Source: a virus
Virus record (IMG/VR): IMGVR_UViG_3300027659_000022
Coordinates: 22,366-86,365 of that record
Strand: one strand, 5' to 3'
DNA length: 64,000 nucleotides
In this document: in pieces, positions 17,850-27,983 of the stretch
Numbering within the stretch: position 1 is the first letter of the stretch
Layout: the number at the start of each line of letters is the position of its first letter
Position numbers and translations under genes: made by a program
The notes under the pieces: model-generated
Seen by the model: the letters and a program-made list of their open reading frames with translations, nothing else
Database searches by the model: none
Told to the model about the DNA's origin: nothing

Positions 17850-19412
17850 TCAGACCATCCTGAAGTTCCAACGTCCTGGCGCATACTCGCCCTCAAAGGC
17901 CTTGAGCCATTGCGAGCCGTCCCATTTGTATTTGATACCTGTGCGGATGTTTTGGATATAGGTGGCTTCGAAATCTTGATCAATAACGGCATCATCTTGT
18001 AAGGTGTTATCATCGGGATCCCAGATAGTGTTCCACTTGGTTCCGGACCATTCTATGATGGAGTTAGCTGTGATTACAGGATCAGTGCCGTCCTGGTTTT
18101 CCCATGACGAATCGTCGTTGCCGGGCTCACGCCAAGCCTGTGGTCCGCGATAAGGCACATTGGTGCTGTCTGCGGGATTACTAGGGTATTCGATGAATCC
18201 TCCGCGATTCGCACTGTTGTTGACATCCTCCAACATGAGGAATCTCAAACCTATAGGAATACCAGCATGATTACCATACACTTCTAGAGGATTGTATTTG
18301 TAAGGATCGATGATAGCATCCACGGTGCCACGAGTTTCTATAGCACTTGCTATATCTGAGTTAGCAGGATAGGTATCTGGATCTAGAGTCACAGTCAATA
18401 CTGTTCTATCTAAAGGATTGATCACAAATGTGCCAACAATTTCACTGTCACTATCTTTGAGAAAAAACACATCGCTGCCTGGTACATATCCGCCCTGTAC
18501 TTCTAGGATACGATCCCATTCTACGGGCTCACCATTTTTATATTCTTGTGCATCTAGTCCCAGTGATAAGACTGCTGCGTCAGGATTGACCAGCGTGAGG
18601 TCATACTGATTGTCTGTGAGGTTGCCTGTGTTAGACTTAAACAGCAGCACACGATATCTGTTACTAGAATTAGTTACTATAGATACTGTTGGTTTTTCAC
18701 GATTGTAAATTAACTGTTCGAGATCAGCAACATCTCCAGTTTCTGTGAACACATTTGAAATAATAGTCTGTACGATACCTAATTTTTTAACTTTCGCAGG
18801 GGCAGTGATATAGATTGGTATTTCAAAGTCAAGGCTACAGACATCTATTTCGCTTTCCGCACCAGCAGGAATAGTCCTTGAGGTAAAGTTTGTGCTGGTA
18901 AGATACAGTGTGCTGAGACTGGTCCAATCTAGATAGTTGTCTGTGGTCTGTAGTTCTAGACTAGGGTTAAACAGCACAAGGATCTGTTCCAGCAGTTGCA
19001 GCTTTTGATCTGTGTTAGAAGTCCATATGTCTGCTTTCATGGTCATCTTGAAAGGAGTTGGCATTAGTCTTTCTACGGTATAGTTGCCACCCTGCGCATT
19101 TTGATATTCTCTAGTTCCCGCAGCATCTGTGAATCTGCGTTCCCTCACATGCACTTTAGAAACAAACGTAGGATCACTGAGCCGCGACGTATCCATTTCT
19201 AGGGCACTGATATAACAGCTGATCTTGGGCACAGACGGCATTTTATTTTCTGAATTTTCTTTGATGATAGCAGCTACCTGGCGTGCCTGGTCACCATAGC
19301 TTACAGGCACACTGATCTCATCACCATTGCCAGCTTTGTATTTGAAGCCTATGAACACACGCATGAACTGTGTTACATAGCGTCTTATTTGTCCGTCATA
19401 GAAAAAATCCAT
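17850..19412 (-). CDS. Tail terminator / sheath stabiliser (T4 gp15-like) with a long C-terminal extension
   Basis: FFYDGQIRRY..QF.RVF, VPVSYG, P.IS and QLLEQILVLFNP match the gp15 N-terminal pattern; adjacent to the neck genes. Confidence 0.75.
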   Translation of the reverse strand: MDFFYDGQIRRYVTQFMRVFIGFKYKAGNGDEISVPVSYGDQARQVAAIIKENSENKMPSVPKISCYISALEMDTSRLSDPTFVSKVHVRERRFTDAAGTREYQNAQGGNYTVERLMPTPFKMTMKADIWTSNTDQKLQLLEQILVLFNPSLELQTTDNYLDWTSLSTLYLTSTNFTSRTIPAGAESEIDVCSLDFEIPIYITAPAKVKKLGIVQTIISNVFTETGDVADLEQLIYNREKPTVSIVTNSSNRYRVLLFKSNTGNLTDNQYDLTLVNPDAAVLSLGLDAQEYKNGEPVEWDRILEVQGGYVPGSDVFFLKDSDSEIVGTFVINPLDRTVLTVTLDPDTYPANSDIASAIETRGTVDAIIDPYKYNPLEVYGNHAGIPIGLRFLMLEDVNNSANRGGFIEYPSNPADSTNVPYRGPQAWREPGNDDSSWENQDGTDPVITANSIIEWSGTKWNTIWDPDDNTLQDDAVIDQDFEATYIQNIRTGIKYKWDGSQWLKAFEGEYAPGRWNFRMV

Positions 19413-20803
19413 TATTCATCCGCCTGTGGTCTTAGAGCCTTGGTAAGGCTCTGCTTTTCTTTGGTCTCATGACCATCTATGGTAGTCACTGTGGTGTTGT
19501 TGACAAACGTGGCCTTTTGTGTCTGACGAATATCTTTGCCAGCATAGGTACCACCTGCAGCCACATCACTGGCTCCGAGATTGTTCATGGTCATGCGCAC
19601 ATTGTCCTCAAATTTAGTCCAACGTCTGCCATCAAATCTAAACAGTCTGTTGGGTAGATAATCAGTCCTAAGAGCAAACTGCCCCACAGTGGGATTGATA
19701 GGAAATGCGATACCAGCAGTAAATGGAGCGCCGTTAGGCGGCAGGCCATCTCTGGTCAGATACCCGTTATAGCCGTCGCCGTCTGCAGACATAAGCATCG
19801 AGCTTGCAGTCTGTCCTACGTAGACAGGATTGCCGTCTGCATCAAACAACGGTGTGCCATCTATGTCAGTGGCCTGTGTCTCAGCATCTACAGTCACAGC
19901 AGTGGCATCTACCGAAGCAAGTTCCGCTGTGCCATCCTCTGCTCTCTGCAAGGTGTAGAACTTGCTGTTATCATATCCACTCTTAGGAGCATCAGCTTCT
20001 GCTTGATTTAATACAGCTGACGTGATCTGCATTTCTTTGTTGTAGGTAGAGATGATATCTTTCAGCGTGTCAGCGATCACATAGTAGGTACCATTGGGAG
20101 GTGCAACTCCTGTTACTTCTTGGGTGACCTGATATTTCTTGCCATCTGCGCCTGTGACAATGTCTCCAGGATAGTAAGTGATATCAGCATTGTAGGAGCC
20201 TCGGTCGGAGTCTGTGTTGGCTATGCCGTCTAAGATCTGTTTATATTCTTGGCTGTCTACCAATGGTTTGCATTTGGCTCTGTACAGATGCGGATACCAT
20301 GTCACAGAAAATCCTTCTGCTGCTCTGCTTACTTCTTCGATGACATAAAATCTTTTCAGCGCATACTGAAGATCGTTCAACGCATATTCATCTGTGAGGT
20401 GCGGCAGTTCTATCACATCACCTGCGATGATTTTACGACCTATCTTTTCCACAGTGTCGTTGATGTGGAACGTAATAAAAATAGTATCGTTCTGTAGAAA
20501 CAGTCCAAATTGGCTGAGATTGAAATCTATGTCTGAGAGATTATACACCCCCCTAAGCAGATAAATGTCGGGATCATATTTGCGATCTCGATTTTCTAAG
20601 AACAATAGATCCTGTATGTTAAAGGGATCGTCTGTGTTGTACGTGGGCGTCGAAGGAGTGTTGCCCTGCACAGCGGTATCGGGCCCAAGATATTTGTGCA
20701 CCAGCACATCCGTGCCGCCAACCTGGAACATTTCCCAGATGGTTTTATCTATAAATCGGTAATCATTGCCCTTTTGGGGCCGGTAGAGACTGAGTCTTGG
20801 CAT
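19412..20803 (-). CDS. Neck / head closure protein (T4 gp14-like)
   Basis: Likely start MPRLSLY (20803; alternative 20809). E.FQVGG.DV.VHKY, DLLFLEN, LSQFGLF and GDVIELP...YVIEEV match gp14. Confidence 0.7.
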   Translation of the reverse strand: MPRLSLYRPQKGNDYRFIDKTIWEMFQVGGTDVLVHKYLGPDTAVQGNTPSTPTYNTDDPFNIQDLLFLENRDRKYDPDIYLLRGVYNLSDIDFNLSQFGLFLQNDTIFITFHINDTVEKIGRKIIAGDVIELPHLTDEYALNDLQYALKRFYVIEEVSRAAEGFSVTWYPHLYRAKCKPLVDSQEYKQILDGIANTDSDRGSYNADITYYPGDIVTGADGKKYQVTQEVTGVAPPNGTYYVIADTLKDIISTYNKEMQITSAVLNQAEADAPKSGYDNSKFYTLQRAEDGTAELASVDATAVTVDAETQATDIDGTPLFDADGNPVYVGQTASSMLMSADGDGYNGYLTRDGLPPNGAPFTAGIAFPINPTVGQFALRTDYLPNRLFRFDGRRWTKFEDNVRMTMNNLGASDVAAGGTYAGKDIRQTQKATFVNNTTVTTIDGHETKEKQSLTKALRPQADE

Positions 20804-20810
20804 AGTCATA

Positions 20811-20831
20811 TATTTACCGCTACGATAAATA
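20811..20831. promoter_or_regulatory. Back-to-back late promoters: GGTAAATA (-, 20811-20818) and GATAAATA (+, 20824-20831)
   Basis: Both TAAATA cores lie in the 33-bp gap between the divergent gp14 and gp13 starts. Confidence 0.7.
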
Positions 20832-20836
20832 CTATC

Positions 20837-21595
20837 ATGAGCACAACTGATCAAGCAAAACAACAGGTTTTTGACTACTGCAAGGCCATGCTGGGTGACG
20901 GCATGATCGACATAGAACTAGACCCTATACACTACGAAACCGCACTGAATCGCAGTCTAGCTGTGTTTAGGCAGCGCAGTGATAACGCTGTAGAGGAAAG
21001 TTATTGTTTTCTCACACTAACTGAAAGCAACAACGAATATATCCTTCCTAAAGAAATACAACAGGTTAGACAGATATTCCGTCGTTCAGTGGGATCTAGA
21101 ACGGGCAATGGCACAGGTGGAACGGTGTTTGAACCGTTCAATTTAGCCTATTCCAATACCTATCTGTTAAGCTCGACTAACATGGGCGGATTAGCTACCT
21201 ATGAACTGTTTGCACAATATCAGGAACTGGTGGGCAAAATGTTCGGCTCCTTTATCAACTTCACATGGCACCCACAGAGCCATAAGCTGATCATACATCA
21301 ACGTCCTAGAGGCGAAGAGTCTGTGATGCTACAGGTCTATAATACCAAACCCGACTTCGCTATCATAGATGATGTGTATTCTGGGCAGTGGATCAAGGAC
21401 TATACCTTGGCCAACTGCAAGATGATGCTGGGCCAAGCACGTGAAAAATTCGCACAGATCGCAGGACCACAGGGTGGTTCGGGGCTCAACGGTGCTGCTA
21501 TGAAAACTGAAGCTGCCGCAGAAATGGAAAAACTAGTGGATGACCTAATGAAGCTAGTGCCCGGCGGTTCAGGGTATTCTTGGATAATTGGCTAA
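20837..21595 (+). CDS. Neck protein (T4 gp13-like)
   Basis: Start reassigned to ATG 20837. DYCK.MLG..MI.IELD, WIKDYTLA..K..LG..R.KF..I.GP.G...LNG is the gp13 pattern. Confidence 0.85.
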   Translation: MSTTDQAKQQVFDYCKAMLGDGMIDIELDPIHYETALNRSLAVFRQRSDNAVEESYCFLTLTESNNEYILPKEIQQVRQIFRRSVGSRTGNGTGGTVFEPFNLAYSNTYLLSSTNMGGLATYELFAQYQELVGKMFGSFINFTWHPQSHKLIIHQRPRGEESVMLQVYNTKPDFAIIDDVYSGQWIKDYTLANCKMMLGQAREKFAQIAGPQGGSGLNGAAMKTEAAAEMEKLVDDLMKLVPGGSGYSWIIG

Positions 21596-21601
21596 AAATT
21601 C

Positions 21602-21630
21602 TTGACTCTTTGATTATTCTATAGTATACT
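21602..21630 (+). promoter_or_regulatory. Sigma70-type early promoter TTGACT-17-TATACT
   Basis: Near-consensus -35/-10 with a 17-bp spacer; AAGGAG RBS downstream. Confidence 0.75.
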
Positions 21631-21650
21631 GTCTTTGTAAGGAGACATTT

Positions 21651-22322
21651 ATGATTATAGGAGTATGTGGTTTTATTGGCAGCGGCAAGGACACCGTCGC
21701 AGACTATCTGGTTAACTTCCACGAATTTAGACGAGAATCATTTGCCAGCACACTGAAAGATGCTGTGGCAGCCGTATTTGGTTGGGACAGAACCATGTTG
21801 GAAGGTCGTACTAAAGCAGCTCGTGAGTGGCGCGAACAGGTAGATCCATGGTGGGCCAAACGCTTAGATATGCCTACGCTAACCCCTCGATGGGTCTTGC
21901 AATACTGGGGCACAGAAGTCTGTAGAAAATCCTTCCACGATGATATCTGGATAGCCAGTTTAGAAAACAAACTGCGAAATTCACAGGATCATGTGGTAAT
22001 CTCAGACTGCCGTTTTCCTAATGAAATTGCCAGCATACGCAATGCGGGCGGTAAAATCATTTGGGTGCAACGTGGTGCGTTACCCGAGTGGTATGATACC
22101 GCAGTGGCAGCTAATCAAGGCTATAATTGGGCTCATCAAGATCTCAAGATGCGAAAGATACACGCTTCAGAGACTGCTTGGGTGGGCACAGAGTTTGATC
22201 ATATCTTGATCAACGATCACAGCATAGACGAGCTCTACGATACTGTGAGATCAATAATCAGCAACGAGATCACCTTGACGCCAAGTGACTCCTTCTTTGC
22301 TCAGAACGCCAGCACAGTTTAG
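21651..22322 (+). CDS. Deoxynucleoside monophosphate kinase (T4 gp1-like)
   Basis: GFIGSGKDT P-loop, SFA..LKD, TPRWVLQYWGTEV.R, VISDCRFPNE and H.SE. Confidence 0.92.
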   Translation: MIIGVCGFIGSGKDTVADYLVNFHEFRRESFASTLKDAVAAVFGWDRTMLEGRTKAAREWREQVDPWWAKRLDMPTLTPRWVLQYWGTEVCRKSFHDDIWIASLENKLRNSQDHVVISDCRFPNEIASIRNAGGKIIWVQRGALPEWYDTAVAANQGYNWAHQDLKMRKIHASETAWVGTEFDHILINDHSIDELYDTVRSIISNEITLTPSDSFFAQNASTV

Positions 22323-22586
22323 ACATATGGTTTTAAGATTCGCAGCTCGGCAGTTGTCTAAATTGCCGTCCATGTGAAACACTCTAAAAACTTCCGCATG
22401 CGGAGAACGAAACCCGCATTTTTCACACTGCGATTTCATTCTATAGCCACTGCGCAACCATCGTGGCACTCCTGTGTATAACCCATGAGCCATACAGATT
22501 TCACAGAGACTTCTATAATAGGTCTTGGAATTTTTCTTATAGTTCACAGCACAGGGTCTTGCACCGCACTTGCATAGTGGTCTCAT
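22251..22586 (-). CDS. Zn-binding HNH-like protein
   Basis: Start reassigned to ATG 22586, 5 nt after GTTAAATA. Contains CKC, CEIC, CEKCG and FHMDGNLDNC...NLKTICLNC. Confidence 0.7.
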   Translation of the reverse strand: MRPLCKCGARPCAVNYKKNSKTYYRSLCEICMAHGLYTGVPRWLRSGYRMKSQCEKCGFRSPHAEVFRVFHMDGNLDNCRAANLKTICLNCAGVLSKEGVTWRQGDLVADY

Positions 22587-22591
22587 ACAGA

Positions 22592-22599
22592 TATTTAAC
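22592..22599 (-). promoter_or_regulatory. Late promoter box (GTTAAATA)
   Basis: 5 nt upstream of ATG 22586. Confidence 0.6.
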
Positions 22600-22660
22600 G
22601 CTTCTGTACCTTTTGCGCCCCTTTTGATTGGCACGTAATCATCCATTTTTACTTGATACA

Positions 22661-22668
22661 GCTAAATA
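22661..22668 (+). promoter_or_regulatory. Late promoter box (GCTAAATA) for the sheath-tube operon
   Basis: Followed by an AGGAG RBS and ATG 22700. Confidence 0.65.
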
Positions 22669-22699
22669 TTATGAGCAACTATTACCAGGAGAAAATGGG

Positions 22700-25600
22700 A
22701 TGGCACTACAATCACCAGGCGTACAAGTTACGGTAATCGACGAGAGTTTTTATACACCAGCAGAACCTGGTACCACACCTCTTATCGTAGTAGCAACAGC
22801 GCAAGATAAAACCAATGGTGCAGGCACAGGCACTGCATTAGGTACCACAGCGGCCAATGCTGGCAAGGCCTTTAAGATAACCAGCCAGCGAGAACTTACA
22901 GAAACATTCGGCGTTCCATTCTTTGAGAAAACAGCCAGTGCTACTCCTGTACATGGTTCAGAGCGCAACGAATACGGACTGCTTACAGCCTACAGTTTAT
23001 TGGGTGTAAGCAATGCTGCTTTTATCGTAAGAGCAGATGTCGACCTAGACGAACTAGAAGCACAGACTGACGCCCCGGGAGCGAATCCCACAAACGGCCA
23101 GTGGTGGATTGATACGCAGGCCACAACCTGGGGTATCCAAGAGTGGAATGGTGCCGCTGCAACAGTAGCAGGCGGCCAGAAATTCACATATAAAGTGCCA
23201 ATCGTACTCACAGACGCAGACTATCCTTCAAAAATTGTTCTTAATGGCAACGCCCCAAAAGAAGGAGTAGGCAAGATTGGTGACTATGCTGTGGTTTTCC
23301 GCACAGTGGAAGGTGACACTAGTTTTGGTGCAGAAGAAGAATATGCTAGAATCTATTACAAGAGTCCCGGTGCTCCAGCGTCTGCTGGTGGCAATGTAGC
23401 TGCGGTTGATGCAGGCGAATGGGTTCTAGTTGGATCTAACGAATGGCAGTCTAGCTGGCCTACAGTTAGCGGGACAGCAGTTAATACTTCAGTGACTTAT
23501 GATTTTTATATAAACAACAGTTTGGTCACTGGTACAGGAACTATTACGCAAGTGGCCTCAGCTATTAACTCTGGCAGTATTGAAGGAGTCAGCGCCCAGG
23601 CCATCAGCGGTAGATTGTACATTTACTCCAATGGTGAAACAAGCGCCACCGACGACTCAACCGGAGCAGATGGCAGAATTGTAATAGCGGTTGGAACATC
23701 TCCTTTAAGTAATGTTGGATTGACAGCAGGAACATATCTCAATCCTCGTCTAGCACAACAACCCCATACATCAATACCTGCGTTCAAACTTGCAGATAAT
23801 GCCGGAACGGTAGGCGGAGCAGCCACTGGCAGTGTGTGGGTCAAAACCACCGAACCCAATAACGGCGCTCGTTTGAGAGCCAAACGTTGGAGCTCAGCCA
23901 CACTGTCATGGGTCAGCTATGAAGCACCTATCTATGACACCACCTCAGCAGCTCTGTACTATCTAGATCGCAGCGGAGGCGGTGCAGGTATTGCAGAAGA
24001 TGCATTATTCACACAGTCAAATGCCAAAGAAACATCTGGTCTTGACACAACACCTGCTACAGCAACATTTAGATTATGGCGTAGAAATATTGCTGTAGGT
24101 TCAGCTACCAGCATCACCAGCAATATAATTAAAAACGGCACATTGGGATCATCAGGTACCAAAACATTTACCATCAGTGAATCACTGAAAACCACACTTG
24201 CCCTAGACACTGCGAAAACAATTACATTTACAGCAGTCAATACCAGCGCAGATGCAGAACTAATGGCTGCGGCTATTAACGCAGCTGGATTTACCAACAT
24301 TGTGGCTTCTGTTACAGCAGTCAGCCTTACATCTAACAGATTAATTATCAGTCACACACTAGGTGGAGATTTTAGACTAGTAGATACAGTAAGCACCGCA
24401 GTGGCCAGTATGTTTACTGCTTACAACATAGACACACTAGCAGGCACAGAAAACTTCTACGCTGCAGAATCTGCAGTAGGAGGCTACCTAGCTTCTGGTT
24501 GGAAGCCACTAGCAGCCTCGGATCCAAGATTTGCTGCTTCTCCAGATGCTCCGTTGAACGAGCCACAGGACGGTCAGTTATGGTATAATCCGAACTTCTC
24601 AGAAGTTGATCTAATGGTGCACAATGGTAATACATGGGTTGGATATCGTCATTCGACAGCACCGTACTATGAAGCAGCCACAGCAACATTGAGAAACGGA
24701 TATCTGCCTATAGTGTCAGCTTCAAATCCCTACAAGGCCAGCGTAACTGCCAATGGTGATATATGGATCAGCACAGCGGATCTTGAAAATTATCCTACCA
24801 TTTACAGATACAACACCAACTTGAGTGATGTACCTGATCTTGCACAGCGTTGGGAACTGGTAGACAAAGCAGACGATACCACAGAAGAAGGTGTGTTGTT
24901 TGCAGATGCACGTTGGAATACCGCAGGTACTTCAACAGTGGCCAGCACCATAGAAGACCTAATTACCAACAACTTCTTAGATCCAGACGCTCCGGATCCT
25001 GCACTATATCCTAAGGGTATGCTGTTATGGAACCTACGCCGCAGCGGAGGTAACGTCAAACAGTATCAAAACAGCTACATTGATACTACCGCTGATAATC
25101 CAAGAACCAGTGCAGCTACACTAGCAGGTTCAGCATTTGTCAGCGGCAGCGGTGAAAGCATGGAAACCTATGCCACAGACCGTTGGACCACAGCTTCAGG
25201 CAACAACGAAGATGGCTCAGGATCATTTGGTCGCAAAGCACAGCGCAAGGTTGTAACACAGGCCTTGAAGAGTGTAGTTGATACCAGTCAAGAGATCCGT
25301 GACGAAGAACGCCGCAATTTCAACATCATAGCTGCTCCTGGTTATCCAGAACTGTTGAGCAATCTAGTGAATCTAAACATCGATCGCGGTGTTACAGCGT
25401 TCGTGGTTGGCGACACACCGTTGAGACTACCTTCAGATGCCACAAGTTTAACCACATGGGGTACTAATGCTAACCTAGTCACAGACAACGGTGACGATGG
25501 TGTTGTTACATATGATGAGTATTTGGCGGTTTATTATCCAAACGGATTCACCACTGATCTCAGCGGTTCGCCTGCAGTGGTTCCAGCTAGCCACATGATG

Positions 25601-26164
25601 CTGAAGACCATCACACTCAGTGACAACGTCAGCTTCCCATGGTTTGCACCAGCAGGAACACGTCGAGGTGGTATTACTAATGCAACAGCAGTGGGTTATA
25701 TTGACGCTGCCACAGGTGAATTCCAAACTGTAGCTCTAAACGAAGGACAGCGTGATACATTGTATGATCTTAAGATCAATCCAATTCCATTCTTCAACGG
25801 AATAGGATTAGTAGCACACGGACAAAAGACTCGCGCAAGAAACGCTTCAGCATTGGATCGTATCAATGTAGCACGTTTAGTGGTATATCTACGCAGCCAG
25901 TTGAACAAGCTAGCTCGTCCGTATATCTTTGAACCCAATGATAAAATCACACGTGATGAAATCAAACAAGCTGTAGATAGTCTATTGTTAGAACTAGTAG
26001 GACTAAGAGCACTCTACGACTTTGCGGTTGTCTGTGACGAAAGCAACAACACACCTGCAAGGATAGATCGCAACGAACTGTATGTTGATATTGCAATTGA
26101 ACCCGTGAAGGCGATTGAGTTCATTTACATTCCGTTACGTGTCAAGAACACAGGAGAAATTTAA
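22700..26164 (+). CDS. Contractile tail sheath protein (T4 gp18-like), 1154 aa with large insertions
   Basis: Start MALQSPGVQVTVIDES; PWFAPAGTRRG, RDTLYDLKINPI, ALDRINVARL, FEPND..TR and PVKAIEFI. Confidence 0.95.
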   Translation: MALQSPGVQVTVIDESFYTPAEPGTTPLIVVATAQDKTNGAGTGTALGTTAANAGKAFKITSQRELTETFGVPFFEKTASATPVHGSERNEYGLLTAYSLLGVSNAAFIVRADVDLDELEAQTDAPGANPTNGQWWIDTQATTWGIQEWNGAAATVAGGQKFTYKVPIVLTDADYPSKIVLNGNAPKEGVGKIGDYAVVFRTVEGDTSFGAEEEYARIYYKSPGAPASAGGNVAAVDAGEWVLVGSNEWQSSWPTVSGTAVNTSVTYDFYINNSLVTGTGTITQVASAINSGSIEGVSAQAISGRLYIYSNGETSATDDSTGADGRIVIAVGTSPLSNVGLTAGTYLNPRLAQQPHTSIPAFKLADNAGTVGGAATGSVWVKTTEPNNGARLRAKRWSSATLSWVSYEAPIYDTTSAALYYLDRSGGGAGIAEDALFTQSNAKETSGLDTTPATATFRLWRRNIAVGSATSITSNIIKNGTLGSSGTKTFTISESLKTTLALDTAKTITFTAVNTSADAELMAAAINAAGFTNIVASVTAVSLTSNRLIISHTLGGDFRLVDTVSTAVASMFTAYNIDTLAGTENFYAAESAVGGYLASGWKPLAASDPRFAASPDAPLNEPQDGQLWYNPNFSEVDLMVHNGNTWVGYRHSTAPYYEAATATLRNGYLPIVSASNPYKASVTANGDIWISTADLENYPTIYRYNTNLSDVPDLAQRWELVDKADDTTEEGVLFADARWNTAGTSTVASTIEDLITNNFLDPDAPDPALYPKGMLLWNLRRSGGNVKQYQNSYIDTTADNPRTSAATLAGSAFVSGSGESMETYATDRWTTASGNNEDGSGSFGRKAQRKVVTQALKSVVDTSQEIRDEERRNFNIIAAPGYPELLSNLVNLNIDRGVTAFVVGDTPLRLPSDATSLTTWGTNANLVTDNGDDGVVTYDEYLAVYYPNGFTTDLSGSPAVVPASHMMLKTITLSDNVSFPWFAPAGTRRGGITNATAVGYIDAATGEFQTVALNEGQRDTLYDLKINPIPFFNGIGLVAHGQKTRARNASALDRINVARLVVYLRSQLNKLARPYIFEPNDKITRDEIKQAVDSLLLELVGLRALYDFAVVCDESNNTPARIDRNELYVDIAIEPVKAIEFIYIPLRVKNTGEI

Positions 26165-26166
26165 AA

Positions 26167-26817
26167 ATGGCAATTACATCACTGAATAATTTAGGTATTC
26201 CAACAACTAACGCAGCTGGCAGCACACAAGTGCTGTTGATGCCTAAATTAAAATATCGCTTTAGGGTTACATTGTTGGGTTTTGGAGTTGCCGCTGCCAC
26301 AGAACTTACCAAGCAGGTACAGGACGTGACTAGACCCAAGGTGTCATTTGAAGAAATGACCTTAGACATCTATAATTCCAAAGTCAAACTGGCCGGAAGA
26401 TATACCCTGGAAAATATTACATTGACCTTACGTGATGATGCCAGCGGTCAAGTGCAAAAACTTGTGGGACAACAGATCCAGAAACAATACGATTTCATGG
26501 AACAGGCATCTGCTCGTTCAGGTATCGACTATAAATTTACCACACGCATTGAAGTCTTAGACGGTGGTAACGGCGCTTTGGTTCCTTCAACTCTAGAAAC
26601 ATTCGAACTATATGGATGCTTTGTTCAGAACGCAGACTACGGTGATGCCAACTATTCTACCAATGAACATATGACGGTGGCATTGACGCTCGCCTACGAT
26701 AATTTGGTTCAGTTCGCAGCAGGCGCAGCATCTACTAGCCCGATTGGTGGTATTGGTGCAGCAGTAGGACGCTCTCTTGGTGCAGCCGTAACTGGTGCAT
26801 CAACTACACAGGGTTAA
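26167..26817 (+). CDS. Tail tube protein (T4 gp19-like)
   Basis: Follows the sheath gene; PKLKYRFRV, V.RP, KLAGR, FELYGCF and LTLAYD. Confidence 0.85.
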   Translation: MAITSLNNLGIPTTNAAGSTQVLLMPKLKYRFRVTLLGFGVAAATELTKQVQDVTRPKVSFEEMTLDIYNSKVKLAGRYTLENITLTLRDDASGQVQKLVGQQIQKQYDFMEQASARSGIDYKFTTRIEVLDGGNGALVPSTLETFELYGCFVQNADYGDANYSTNEHMTVALTLAYDNLVQFAAGAASTSPIGGIGAAVGRSLGAAVTGASTTQG

Positions 26818-26834
26818 TTGAACCTATAATCAAG

Positions 26835-26861
26835 AAAAGCTCGATTATTCGAGCTTTTTTT
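26835..26861 (+). terminator. Rho-independent terminator
   Basis: AAAAGCTCGA-TTAT-TCGAGCTTTT followed by a T run. Confidence 0.85.
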
Positions 26862-26865
26862 GTGA

Positions 26866-26873
26866 CATAAATA
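26866..26873 (+). promoter_or_regulatory. Late promoter box (CATAAATA), 5 nt before ATG
   Basis: Directly after the terminator; no RBS. Confidence 0.7.
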
Positions 26874-26878
26874 TTTGT

Positions 26879-27982
26879 ATGGCAAACTATTTTACAAGAT
26901 TTCTCACTGGTGTCGGCGAAGGTTTATTAACTCCTAAAGGTCAGAGCGCAAACTGGCGCCATGCCACCAAGTTGTTCATAGATGGCAACATGCGGCTGGC
27001 TCCTCGCACCAAGTTCAACTACTATGTGAGATTTGATCTAGACAAAAGTGTGGTGCGTGTTCCTGCATTTACACAAAAACATCATGAAGAAATTGGCCTG
27101 CTAGTCAAAACAGTAGAACTACCTAAGTATAATTTTGATAGTGTGGTAAAAAATCAGTATAATAGAAAAAAATTAGTCTATAAGAATTTCAATTACGACC
27201 CTGTGTCCATAACCATGCACGATGATGCTACGGGAGTTATCAATGCGATGTGGGCTGTATATTATGGATATTATATTGCTGATAGACAATTGCCAGAATC
27301 GGCCTATTCTGAAACCAAATATCGTGCGGCTGATACTCCTAAAGACAATTTCCGATACGGTATGGACAACGATGTCACTGCTGGATTTTTTAAATCAGTT
27401 AGCATTTATACCATGGCACGCAGAAGATTTTTAGGATACACTTTGATTAATCCAAGAATCAAATCATGGAATCACGGTAACATGGATTATGCAGCTAGTG
27501 AATTTGCAGAAAGTACCATGACTTTGGAATATGAATCAGTTAAATATTCAGCGGGACAGGTATCATTTAATAATCCCAAAGGATTCGCTACACTTCACTA
27601 TGATTCTATGCCAAGCCCTATATCAGTGGCAGGTGGCGGCGTTGCTACACTAACCGGCGAAGGCGGTGTCCTAGACGGGCTAGAGCAGATATTCGGAAAT
27701 ATCGGCTCCGGTGCTGCGTTCGACAGCAAAGGAGGGTTTCTCAGCACTGCCATTGCATCAATAAACACCTACAAGAATTTTAAATCTCTAACACCGGCAC
27801 AGTTGAAATCAGAAGCCATCAATATACTCAGCGATCCAGGAAATATCTCATCAGCTATATCTACAGTAGGTGGAGTTATAGGTGCGGCATTTCCAAAGAG
27901 TGCGACACCGACGCCATCTACCACAGCTACTCAACGACCGTTGGTAGGAGACTTCCCCCCAGCACCAGGAAATCAAGCATAA
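26879..27982 (+). CDS. Tail-tube-fold baseplate/tube-initiator protein (gp19/gp48/gp54-like)
   Basis: VK.VELPK, NQYNRK, Y.PVSIT.HDD, YTLINP.I and MTLEYE; located after the tube gene. Confidence 0.6.
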   Translation: MANYFTRFLTGVGEGLLTPKGQSANWRHATKLFIDGNMRLAPRTKFNYYVRFDLDKSVVRVPAFTQKHHEEIGLLVKTVELPKYNFDSVVKNQYNRKKLVYKNFNYDPVSITMHDDATGVINAMWAVYYGYYIADRQLPESAYSETKYRAADTPKDNFRYGMDNDVTAGFFKSVSIYTMARRRFLGYTLINPRIKSWNHGNMDYAASEFAESTMTLEYESVKYSAGQVSFNNPKGFATLHYDSMPSPISVAGGGVATLTGEGGVLDGLEQIFGNIGSGAAFDSKGGFLSTAIASINTYKNFKSLTPAQLKSEAINILSDPGNISSAISTVGGVIGAAFPKSATPTPSTTATQRPLVGDFPPAPGNQA

Positions 27983-27983
27983 C

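Noticed and set aside
22671-22736. Out-of-frame uORF overlapping the sheath start
   Set aside because: The ATG is only 2 nt after the late box, upstream of the expected +1, so it is probably not on the transcript.
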